64,000 nt of DNA, taken from Macrostomum lignano (lineage: Eukaryota). The stretch's first letter is position 1. Each line of letters begins with the position of its first letter. Position numbers and translations under genes: made by a program. The stretch lies in the NCBI GenBank assembly GCA_002269645.1, contig NIVC01000890.1, positions 124,001 through 188,000 on the forward strand, written 5' to 3'. This document shows, piece after piece, positions 23,514 through 35,500 of the stretch. The notes beneath the pieces were generated by a model. The model made no database searches. It was not told the origin of the DNA and saw only the letters and a program-made list of their open reading frames with translations.

Positions 23514-23927
23514 ATTTATTGCTAGTTTAAACAAAAATTAGTTCACATAAAATATTATGAAAAATATGTGTATTATAACAAATATGTTTCCTTAAATTTG
23601 GCATGCATTAAAAATGAATTTTGAGTTCATTATAAATGAATTAAAAATGAATTGGGAAAGGCCCTGCCCAGCACAAAATTAAAAGGACCAACTTATGAGT
23701 TTTATATAGAATTCTATTTATACTAAAATTTATTGCTAGTTTAGACAAAAATTAGTTCACATAAAATATTATGAAAAATATATGTATTATAACAAATATG
23801 TTTCCTTAAATTTGGCATGCATTAAAAATGAGTTATGAGTTCATTATAAATGAATTAAAAATGAATTGGGAGGGGCCCTGCCCTGCACAAAATTAAAAGG
23901 ACCAACTTATGAGTTTTAATATAGAAT
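23514..23927. repeat. Tandem duplication of about 200 bp (2 copies, period about 214)
   Basis: 23514-23712 is nearly identical to 23728-23927. Confidence 0.85.
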
Positions 23928-24973
23928 AATAATGGGAAACTATGAAGGTCATTTGTAAATTGCATCTTTCCTGCTGTCATACTCTTAAATCTATTATATG
24001 ATATACTAGAAAAATGATCCCCTATGCTATAAACTCAAATTTATAATGGTCTATATGCTAGAATCATCAAAAAGTATTGTAATTAAAACAATAAACTAAA
24101 GGAATTTTTAGCATTGTGACAACTGTAGAAGTTGCAGAGAAGTTGTTAGGCCCTACACTTCAATTCTATATAATTGTAAATAGAAAAGAAAAAAACAAAA
24201 TTTTATTATTACTTTACTTTTAATCATAAGAGTATAAAACAAACATAACATTTAACAATTTGATTTTCATCATCTAAATGAGTTATCTAGGCCTAGCCCT
24301 AGTGCTAGTTGCACTTACATTTTTATTAGGCTAATAAATATTGGCAGTTGTTATAGTGTTACAGTGACCATATAAATAGCAAGATGGTTACTTTTATAGT
24401 TAACACTTAAAGCAAATTAGCAAATAGGGCCTATCATCTAAATTAAGTGACAAACTTGCTCTGCAAATACTAAGATGGTTGAATTAAAAAAAATAGAGAA
24501 ACGTGTTATAAATAAATACAATGCCGGTACCTTCTATTGGTTCTTGACTCTTGTCATGGTAGCTTACTTTAGGCAATTGTTAACTATTACATTGTAATTT
24601 AACTAAAATTTCTTCCACAAGACTGTTAAAGTAGCCCCCCCCCCCTAAAAGAAGCCATTTTGCTTTTTACCTACAGTGATGATAAAAATAACAGTTTTGG
24701 TATTTATACAGTTACATTAAGTGAAGACCATAGGCCCAGATAGTGTCTTACGAATTAGCTTAGCATTTTCTGTTTCGTTATTTATACGGTCACCATACAG
24801 TACAGTGTATATGGTCAACTGTCATAAATATTTGTCTGTTTGCTGTCTACTGTGTCTAGATCGCATGAAAATTCAGAATTCCTAGGCTGCAAAAGTTGAA
24901 TTGCCTTTGGAAGGCTGATCGCTAAGCACGATGATTATAGATTGATTAGGCCCCTATATGTAAGGGGAGCCTG

Positions 24974-25165
24974 CAGTAGCGCAACCAGAAATTTTTCAAG
25001 GGGGGGGGCGGATTCTGAGGGTAAAGTCCCGGGAGGGGGGGGCGGCGGAGGGGTGGCTCTGTTTTTGGCGAAAATTCGCTTGGTCCCCCCTTTGATTTTT
25101 TTTCGGTCCCCCGCCTAAGGGGGGGGGCGACCGCCCCCCCGCCCCCCCCCCTGGTTGCGCCACTG
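24974..25165. mobile_element. hAT-type MITE with poly-G/poly-C arms
   Basis: 15-bp TIR CAGT(A/G)GCGCAACCAG, exact TSD GGAGCCTG at 24966-73 and 25166-73. Confidence 0.9.
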
Positions 25166-27640
25166 GGAGCCTGGTCAGGACTCAGGTCTGACTCTGAGTA
25201 AGTGAGTGTTTGTTATTGCGAAGTTTATTCGGTGGTTTTGCGTAGTTCAAAATCCCGCAATTTATTTGTAATGTACTAAACAAAGTCTTTACCTATTGTA
25301 TTGATTTTAATGAAAATTAACTATTAAGAAGTTAATAATACTTTCGTTTTGTTTTTCTGCTTGCTAATTTACTTATAAATACTCAAGCAAGCTACATTAC
25401 CTATATTGCTGTACTTCAACTGCCGATTTCCGTCTGCAAAGAGTCTTATCTAAATGATAGAAGATAGAAGATAAATATAAATCGTAGTTGAGTGGACTAT
25501 AATCGTCCCTACCCTCATCGTTAAAATGGGTACCGGACTATTCGTCAAGGACGAACAGACTCACGTTTCACTAGCGAATTACACTGAGCCTCTTCATATC
25601 GATGGTTCGAAAAACAGAATCAGTTCCGGAACATGGTTCTGGTTCTAGAATATGATTCGAGAAATTTTCTCGAACCGTTGTCATGTTTACACTTTAACAG
25701 TAGTAAAATATATTTGAAATCGTCAATTTTTTATTATTGTTATATAATTATTCCTTTTTTGTCATATCCAAGAGGAAACAAAGTCAAAGAACGACAAAAT
25801 TAAATTGTAAAGACTGTCAAACATAAAATGGGCTCGAAGCTCCTCATTTCACACTGGTTCTGGTTCTAGAACTCGAATTTATTCTGGTTCTAGAACCGAT
25901 TGCCGTGAAAATTAGCTCACTCACTATCACACCGAGTCTCAGGATCGATATTAGCCTAAAATTGTGGTAAAATAGTTCGTATTCGTACTGCTCCTACATT
26001 GAATTTCATTTTCCAGGACATTTCGTCAACCGGAATTTCGTCAACTGGATGTATTATAATGTAAACCATGTAGAAATTATGGCAAACCGGACATTGTTCA
26101 AGCCAAAATTTTTCGTCCGTCACGTTATAGCCTGTTAGCCGTTTATCTCTGCAACTGAATGACGAATTAAATCTTCATGAAACACATACTTATACCAGAA
26201 GTCCCGAAACTAATCTATCTAAAAAACCATACCACTGCATGCAGTAACGGCCGGGTTCATTACAGAAGGGTGTTTGGAAGACGTACCGCCGAGTTCTTTA
26301 GACCAGAAGTGCTCTCATATTTAAAACTATATTTTGCGTACTAAAACAAAAACCCATTTTTTTTAACGAACGAGAAAAATTCTTTTGCAAGCTAGGCCTA
26401 AATTGCAACATCACCATTCTGACTTTAAGTTTCGTATGACTTTAAAGCAACATAGGTGAGAATATTTTACAAAAGGAAGATCTGATCTAGTAGTCCAGTC
26501 GAGCTAGAGTTTGGCCTCAGGTCAGATTAGGTGGTATGTGGTGTGGTTGTCGTTCGTTCTTAAGTAGCTGGGCCTAAGCGAACTATTTGAACTTCACAAG
26601 GTTCGGTATCAGTCACTGGTGGAATAAACATTTACTGAATAATAAATAGGGGGGCCTAGAGTATACGGCCTAACTAAGACAAATTTTGGCTACAAAAAAA
26701 CTAACTATGCAGTATGCATCAGCTTTCTGCCACCTATTAGGCCCTAGCTATTGCTAGTGCTACAGTACAGCTATAGGCAGAGGCAGTAGGCCTAGGCATA
26801 GGCCTATTAGTCCTATTTTTATTTTTTGGTCAATCTAAATTTATCGATATATATAATATAGTGGCATATACAAATTAGCTAAATCAAATAAGTTTGAACT
26901 TTGAAGACAGTTGTATATACCTATTTTAAACCATATTTTATCAAAATTAGAGGCCTAAGACACTAAAAAAGCTTTTAATATAGGCCTAGACCTATAAGGT
27001 CTATATAAGGCTAGGCTATTGGCCTAGCCCTAGGCTAGATTCTGGTAAAATGAGAAAATGTTTTTCTAAGAACTTTTATTTTAAAAGATCAATAAAGAAA
27101 TAATTGGAAAAGCATATATACTAAATATCTAAAATTGCTGACACTAGGCCCTAGGCCAAATTACAATAAGTAAAATACATAAAGATAAGTAAATATTTAA
27201 ATAAATAAATATATAAACAATGAAAAAATAAATAAAATATAGGTCCTATAATTAAGCCTTTAATTATAAAGTCTAGGCCTATTTGCTATATAAAATTGAA
27301 ATTTAATGATGACTAAGCCTATCTAGGTCTATATTATATAAAGTACAAACTGTTGAAACCCATAGATTTTGAACCTGGGGAATTACAATTCCCAGAAATA
27401 TTTGTGCATGTGCTTTTAAATCTGAGGCTATACTCAAACAAAAACTTGTTAATAGTTAGTAGGATAGGGTAGGCCTAAATATAAAATGGAGTACATTTGT
27501 ATAAAATTAAGATTTGAGGCAAACATTTGATAGGCCCCTATTGTTAGCTTGGGTGCTACATAGAATGTTAGGCAATGTCTGTCTGACTCTAAAACATGTA
27601 TTGGCAAACTCTGGCCTTTGCCTCTAACTTTCCCTATGTA

Positions 27641-28217
27641 CCAGGTTGCGGATGGTATGCATGTACGCCGGAACTTTTCCGGCGTACAAAACGGCCACCC
27701 TCAGTCCTTGGCGTACACAATCGGCGTACACAACCCCTGGCGCACTTTGTTGGCGTACACTATTGGTGTACACAAGTAACACAGCCACGCATACTTTTTT
27801 GGCGTACAAATTTTGGTGAATCAATTCACGCCGTGCATGAAAATTGTAATGTAAATTAATGTTTTTACGTAAAGTAAAGGAAAATATATATCGTCAGTGA
27901 TAAACTTTTTGCTTATTTTAAGTTAAAAAAAATAAAATTAGTGTAAAATTTTGCTGAAAGTATTAACTTTGCATGATATTTTTTGTAGGTGTTGTTTAAG
28001 TTTGTTTAAACTGACAATATTCGTAATATTTTAAAGACACTTTTCATACGAAAGCCTTTCCTAGAAAACTCTACTCGTGAAAACCGAATGACCCTTTTTT
28101 TAGGAATTTTTGGTGTACATTTTAGTGCAACTTTTTGTTTTTGGCGTACACTGGCGTACAAAGTCCTTGACGCCCGAATTTTTTCCGGCGTACACGGGTA
28201 CATGGTCCGCACACTGG
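27641..28217. mobile_element. MITE with CCAG termini, 8-bp TSD and GGCGTACAC subterminal repeats (hAT-like)
   Basis: Imperfect TIR CCAG..TGCGGA...TGTACGCCGGAA; exact TSD CCTATGTA at 27633-40 and 28218-25. Confidence 0.8.
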
Positions 28218-28249
28218 CCTATGTAACCTTGGGTCCATTGCAACTTGTA

Positions 28250-28630
28250 TCTTCTCTTCTGTTTCCTCTCTTCTCTCATCCTTTGTCTCTCCTTTCTTCT
28301 CTTTCTCCAACTCATCTCTTCTCTTCTCTCTTTTCCTCTTTTTTCTTTCCTTTCTCCCCTATTCTTTCATATCTTCCCTCATCTCTTATCTTTCTTATCT
28401 TATCTCTTATCTCTTCTTTTCTCTCTCCTCTTCTCTCCTCTCTCCCCCTTTCTCTCATCTCTTCCTTCTCCTCTCTACTCTTTCTTCTCTCTCTTTCCTC
28501 TCATATCTTTTCTTGTTTTATCTCTCCTCTCTCTCCTTGTCTCTCATCTCTTCCCTTACCTCTTCCCTTTCATCTTTGCTCTCTCATCTCTCCTTTCTCT
28601 TCTTATTTCTCTCTGCTCTACTCTACTCTA

Positions 28631-28701
<71 letters not shown>

Positions 28702-28850
28702 TTTATTCTCTACTCTCTTCATTCTCCTCTTTCCTCTTCTCTCTTCTCACTCACTTCTTTCCTTGTCTCTCCTCTTTCCTCTAGTCTATAATCTCTTCTC
28801 TCTTATCTCTCCTCTGTTCTCTCTACTCTCCTATCTCTCATATAAAGTGT
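28250..28850. repeat. Polypyrimidine low-complexity tract with (CT)n core
   Basis: Pure (CT)n at about 28635-28698. Confidence 0.92.
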
Positions 28851-29053
28851 TGGGTAAACTCTATGTTTTTTGGTATCTATGGTATCCAGCATTTTGGTAC
28901 CTGGCATTTTGGTGCCTAGCATTTTGGTGCCCTAGGCCTAATTTGCTTTTTGAGGCCTAAATTATAAATGGAATTAGAAACAAAAGAATTAAATAAGCCC
29001 TAGATCTAGCATCTAATTTAACAATAATTGCTTTGCAAGTTTGCAATCTAGAC

Positions 29054-29511
29054 CCCTATAGGAAAAAGTTGTAAAACCGCGGACGGTGTCCGGCGCACTT
29101 TTGAATTTTTTCTAAAGCGCAGCGCGCGCACAGGCGCAGCGCCTGCGCGCGCTGCCCTTTCTTACTGGCTGCTGCTCTAGCAAATACATATACATGGATA
29201 GAAGTGAAAATTTTGGTAGTGTCTAAAAAGTCGCTAAAAATAAACTACTTTCTACTACATATACATGTATTACTTTTTGCTTAAGCAGTAAATTGAAAGT
29301 AAAAAAGTGAGTGTTGATCATACTAAACTTTGTTTTTCTGAATTATGATTTTGGGAAATTTCAATTTTGATTTTGGAAAGTTAGCGAATTTTGATTTCGA
29401 CGAAACTGCAGATCTTTCGGAACATCTCTAATAATCCTAAAGCGCGGTAAAATAGTTTGACTTTTTTCTAAAGCGCGCGTCTGCGGGTTTTTAACATTTA
29501 TTCCAATAGGG
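29054..29511. mobile_element. Second MITE with CCCTAT termini and 8-bp TSD
   Basis: About 30-bp imperfect TIR CCCTAT(A/T)GGAA(A/T)AA..TGT.AAAA.CCGC.GAC; exact TSD ATCTAGAC at 29046-53 and 29512-19. Confidence 0.85.
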
Positions 29512-30999
29512 ATCTAGACTAAAGTAAAAATATTTGCTTTTCATTTTGTTAAGCTAATCTACTATTTTTTGTTGAAAAAGTAGTTTTTTCTTCATTTAAT
29601 TTTTTGTCTTCATTTTTTAAGCAATCAAAACATACATGATTATATGTTATTTAAAAAATAAAATCAATATTTAAAAAGATTTGTCATATTTTATAATTTT
29701 GACCAAAATTATATATAGCATTGTTGTTGGTTATCATTGTTACCTAAGTCTTCTTAGCACACATTATAAGTCAAATGTAGCCTTATAGGCTTATATACAT
29801 AGATAACAAATGTAATTAAACTAAATAGAATTTTCAAAATTAAATAAACATGCTAATTTAACAAAATTGATATTGCTTTTACGAGAAAAATCAAAAGTTT
29901 TATATAAAACTTATTATATTGTTGTAAAATTATTTCAGTACTTATATATTTTAAACTGAGACACTGAAAAAACAATCTAAGATACCAAAATGCCAAGTAC
30001 TAAAAAGCATAGAAATCTATTATAGCCCCCTAAGTCATGAAGTATAAATAAAAGCATTTACTATTAGGCCTATAAAATATTAAAAGAAAGAACTTGCTTC
30101 ATATGTTAATATAATATCTAGTCATATATAGATAATGAATTGCATATTTCAATATGAAAATGAAAATTAGTTATTGGCCTGTGTTTATATTGTACAATGG
30201 CTTATTAATAAGAAAGATGATCAAATACTTAGTCAAAATGAAGGCCATTGGCATTATATGCAAAAACTACAAATAGATAAGTTAGTAGCAAATAAAGTTT
30301 TTAAATGTTTGTTTTCTAGTAGTTTATTAAATAAAAATATATATTCTTTTTTTTATCTTTTTTTATAGAAATAATTGACTAGCTCTGGCTTTATTAAAAA
30401 CCAATTAGTAAAATTTCTCTTCACTTTTTTCTCTTCACTCTTCTCTTCACTCTTCACTTGTCAAAAGTGACAATTGTCACTTTTTTCTAGATATTTCTTT
30501 TTCCTTATACCATGTTTTTGAACAATTTTTTATCCAAATTATATTGATAGCTAGCAGTTTAGGTAAGCAAGAAATATGCTAAATAAAGTTTATCATAACT
30601 TATAATCTGTCTAAAATTAGGATTGTAAAATTGAAACTAAAAAACATCCAAATAGCCTTTTAGATAGAATTTACATTGTCTGTTGCAATAAGCTAAGCAA
30701 AGAATATAAGAAATATTTTCTTCATTTCTTTATTTTTAACAGTGATAATCATAATCATATGATATATTAGATATAAACTACAAAATATAAACAGTAAGGT
30801 ACAATAGAGGTTTAATATTGCTTAAGCCTCAATAGGGTATTATCAATTAGATAGTTAGGATTAGGACTTTTCTTTATATTTTATATCTTTAGTAAAAAAA
30901 TTGACTAAATTCCTGTTTTCTGTTTTCTATATGCAACAACTTATAGTAATCTAACACAAATTTACTATTTCTTAATTTTATGTAATTTGATCTTGCCCA

Positions 31000-31465
31000 T
31001 CTGCCACAGATTAGCTTAGTTGTCAGGCTAATCTGACATTGACATAGACTAGATTAGTTGTCAGGCTTATCTGACACAGACTGGATTAGCTGTCAGGCTT
31101 ATCTGACACAGACTGGATTAGTTGTCAGGCTGATCTGACACAGAATGGATTAGTTGTCAGGCTTATCTGACACAGACTGGATTAGCTGTCAGGCTTATCT
31201 GACACAGACTGGATTAGTTGTCAGGCTTATCTGACACAGACTGGATTAGTTGTCAGGCTTATCTGACACAGACTGGATTAGCTGTCAGGCTTATCTGACA
31301 CAGACTGGATTAGCTGTCAGGCTTATCTGACACAGACTGGATTAGTTGTCAGGCTGATCTGACACAGACTGGATTAGCTGTCAGGCTTATCTGATACAGA
31401 CTTGATTAGCTGTCAGGCTTATCTGACACAGACTGGATTAGCTGTCAGGTTAATCTGACACAGAC
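31000..31465. repeat. 32-bp minisatellite with internal hairpin (GATTAGYTGTCAGGCTTATCTGACACAGACTG)n
   Basis: About 13 units; TGTCAG-N6-CTGACA palindrome in each unit; no spacers. Confidence 0.95.
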
Positions 31466-32272
31466 AGTAACTAGAGTAGTTATAGTCTAGTCGTGCATTG
31501 TTTTGCGATGATGTTCTGTCGTGTTTGACAAATTGAAAGTAACATTATGTTTCAATGCTGGTGTTTTTGACCGAAATGTATACACTGGGTGACAGTCTCT
31601 GGGTACTATTCTGTAAAATTCAGTCTTTCACTTGTCGCTTACTATCTTTTCCTACCTTGAGTTGTCAGTAGTTTTTCATAATTTTTCTAAAATATGCTTA
31701 CGAGATAGCGATTTTATGATCTGATAACTTAACTGAAAGCTTAAAAGGGTACAATGAGACTTTGCCCTCGGGGGGGGGGGGTAAAGTTTCAATCGTTTAA
31801 GTCGAAAGGTCGTTTTCTTGTCTCTGCCCTCTGGCGCGGAGCAATCTTTTTGCATTGATAAAAATAGCTTGAAGGTTTGGTTATAAAAATACTGGCTTGG
31901 AGAATGTCCGCTTATCGTTGGGAGTGACAAATTTAGATAAGAAAATTCGTAAACATATTCACCTATAGGACGCGCTTAGATCCACCTTATGTTTAGGTGT
32001 TACTTTGTATTATAAAGCCTAAACTGGATTCAACTTCTGCAAGTTTTCTAGTTTGCCTGAAACCCAATCTTTAGAAGGTTTCATAGTACACAGAGGAAAT
32101 CTTTACTAAAATATAAAATAGTTGTGTTTGTGATAATAACCTTTGACCAGCCTTTGGGGTTAGAGACAGAGAGACCGAAGGGGTAAAGGTTGTATAAAAG
32201 AGTCTCGTTTGCTATTTAATAATCAAATAGATTTTGCTGTTTGCCTCAGCTGCAGCTAATCGAAACAAAGCC

Positions 32273-32550
32273 ATGGCCGAGGCCCATCAAGCTGTAGTGT
32301 TCGCATTTAATATCACCGACCAGGGCGTCGAATTTGAATTCGATCACGACGCCCTGCTACGCGTCTGGGCGTCCGGAGTTCGAGCCTATAAAAAGTGGTA
32401 CGCCAGGTTTAAAAACCGACTGCGCAATGGGATTTATCCTGCTAAGCCGAGCAGCCTGCTAACAATGATGTTAGTGATGATCTTTGCCACTATGTTTGGC
32501 AACGATTTATCATTTGGCTATGTGAAACAGCTCAACCCGTTGCTTGTGCG
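32273..32550 (+). CDS. CPT1: CPT1-A exon 1
   Basis: MAEAHQAV...NPLLVR|GTGAGT. Confidence 0.92.
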
Positions 32551-35500
32551 GTGAGTGGCAAACAGTTTACACATTATTTACTCTCTGTACTAAGAGTTCT
32601 CTACTGCGGATGCTCTGAGCCTATCATGAAGCCTCTTTGTAGTCTCGGTGTAACGTCTTTTCCCTGCCTCTCTAACCCTACTTCTCTGTTTCCCTCCCCC
32701 ACTCCACTTCTACCTCCCTCTGTCAGACTTTCTCACCCTACTCTGCCTCCCCCTTCCACTCTACTCTCTCTCCCTCTCCTAGCCTTTCCCAACCCTACTT
32801 CTCTGTCTCCTCCCACACTACTCTTACCTCCATCTCTCAGCCCTTCTCAAGCCTACTTCTCTGTCTCCCACCTTGGCACTCCATGCACCTTTCATCACTA
32901 ATCCTATTCATAGTTTTTTATTTAATCCTTTTGATACCCCTATGCAGCTACTTAGGCGTGGTGCCGCCTCATGACACCTACGCCTCCTGCGCGCTAATAG
33001 CCTGCATACTGTGGCTACTAGTAGTGCTGATCTATAAGCTGCTGATTGGCCAGATGCTAGCCTATCACGGTTGGATGTACGAAGGCCGAGGTCGGGTGTC
33101 GCGACCGACCAAAGTGTGGGCGGTTCTGGCCAAAACTCTGTTAAGAAATCGTCGGCCGGGTTTGTTTTCGTTTCAAAACTCGCTGCCCCGTCTGCCGCTG
33201 CCGTCCGTTGGCGACACGGTGCGCCGGTATCTGGTCTCCATGGAGCCGCTGCTTGGCGACGAGGAAATGCTTGAAATGCGACGGTTGGCTGCCGAATTTC
33301 AGGTGGGTTTTCTTAATCTTGGCCGAGTGAGTCAGGCTACAATAGCGGATAGTGCGGTGAGGTAGGTAGACAAAAATAGTCAGTGAGGTAGACAAAGGTA
33401 AAATGAGGTGAGACAAAATAGGCTGAGTTAGCTTCAAAAGTAGGTAGAGTATAGGTAGCTACTGCGAGGGTACACGAGTTTGGCTACTCGAGTAGATAGA
33501 GGTAGCTACACAGGTAGAGGTAGCTGCACAGGTAGATTGAGGTAGCTACACAGATAGATAGAGGTAGCTGCACAGGTAGATAGAGGTAGCTACACAGGTG
33601 GAAGGAGGTAGCTACACAGGTAGATAGAGGTAGCTACACAGGTAGATAGAGGTAGCTGCACAGGTAAATAGAGGTAGCTGCACAAGTAAATAGACGTAGC
33701 TACACAGGTAGATAGAGGTAGCTACATAGGTAGATTAAGGGAGCTACACAGGTAGATAAGAGGTAGCTACACAGGTAGATAGAGGTAGCTGCACAGGTAG
33801 CTAGAGGTAGCTACACAGGTAGATAGAGGTAGCTGCACAGGTAGCTAGAGGTAGCTACACAGGTAGCTAGAGGTAGCTACACAGGTAGATAGAGGTAGCT
33901 GCACAGGTAAATAGACGTAGCTACACAGGTAGATAGAGGTAGCTACATAGGTAGATTAAGGGAGCTACACAGGTAGATAAGAGGTAGCTACACAGGTAGA
34001 TAAGAGGTAGCTGCACAGGTAGCTAGAGGTAGCTACACAGGTAGATAGAGGTAGCTGCACAGGTAGCTAGAGGTAGCTACACAGGTAGCTAGAGGTAGCT
34101 ACACAGGTAGCTAGAGGTAGCTACACAGGTAGCTAGAGGTAGCTACACAGGTAGATAGAGGTAGCTACACAGGTAGCTAAAGGTAGCTACAGAAGTAGAT
34201 AGATATAGGTGTTTATACCAACACCCGCAGAGCACGGGCATTGCCAGGAAGTTGCAATTCTATTTGCGCCTGAAATCCTGGTGGGCTCCGAACTACGTCA
34301 GCGATTGGTGGGAAGAATTTGTCTACTTGTACAGCCGCGACCCAATCATGGTGAACTCCAACTATTACGCAGTGGACGCGATATTCGTCAGGCCAACCCG
34401 GATTCAAGCTGCCAGGGCGGCAAACGTGTCCTGGGCGATGCTGCAGTTCTGGCGCCGCATCTGCCGGGAGGAGATGCCGCCGATTCTACTGAATGACACT
34501 GTGCCGCTGTGTAGCTGGCAGTATGAGAGACAGTTTGCCACTACTAGGATACCAGGTGAGCCAGTTCTTTTTCAAGATTAAAACCGCCATTTTTCAAGAT
34601 TAAAAGTGCCATTTTTTAAGATTAAAAGCACCATTTTCAAGGTTAAAAGTGCCACTTTTCAAGATTGAAAGTGCCATTTTCAAGGTTAAAAGTGCCATTT
34701 TTCAAGATTGAAAGTGCCATTTTCAAGGTTAAAAGTGCCATTTTTCAAGATTAAAAGCACCATTTTCAAGGTTAAAAGTGTCATTTTTCAAGATTGAAAG
34801 TGCCATTTTAAATAAAGATTAAAAGTGCCCTTTTTCAAGATTCAAAGTGCCATTTTTTAAGATTAAAAATGCCATTTTTCAAGATTAAAAGTGCCATTTT
34901 TAAATAAAGATTGAAAGTGCCATTTTTCAAGATTAAAAGTGCCATTTTTTAATAAAAATTGAAAGTGTCATTCTTCAGGATTAGAAGTGGCGCTTTTTAA
35001 AAAAAGTTTGGTTTTGATAAGTTTCATTATCTGGATTTAAAGTGCCAGTCAATTTGAAAAATAAACCCGTCTATTAATTGAACAGGCGAGGAGCGCGACT
35101 ACCTGATGCACCTGAACGACACGCGGCACATTGCCGTGTTCCACTCTGGCCGATTCTACAAGGTGTACTTCCACTATGGCAACCGCTGGCTGGAGCCGTG
35201 CGAGCTGGAGGCTCAGTTCCAGCGCATCGTTGACGACAAGTCGCCGCCTGCGCCAGGCGAGGCGGAGCTGGCGGCCCTGACGGCAGGCGAGCGGAAGGTC
35301 TGGGCTCGAGCCCGCAAAGACTTCTTTAGGCGAGGCGTCAACAAGACCAGTCTGGACGCTGTGGAGCGGGCGGCGTTCGTCCTTGTGCTGGACGATGAAG
35401 AGGCCGACTACGATCCCAAGGACGATTCGAAGCTGGACCACTTCGCCAAGAGCTTGCTGCATGGCAACGGGCGGAACCGCTGGTTCGACAAGTCCTTCTC

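Noticed and set aside
25420-26300. Clustered GGTTCTGGTTCTAGAA and GGACATTTCGTCAA motifs suggestive of DNA-transposon ends
   Set aside because: No matching TIR pair with a TSD could be established by eye.
28088-28960. 290-aa Leu/Ser-rich ORF resembling a membrane protein
   Set aside because: It is the CT-rich low-complexity tract plus a MITE end.
28851-30029. Larger inverted-repeat element around the second CCCTAT MITE (GCATTTTGGTA motifs)
   Set aside because: Inverted similarity is present, but I could not define termini or a TSD.
31000-31465. CRISPR-like array (32-bp palindromic repeats); likewise 1324-1517/7420-7850 and the 36-bp array at 51075
   Set aside because: Units are head-to-tail with no unique spacers, there are no cas genes, and the context is eukaryotic.
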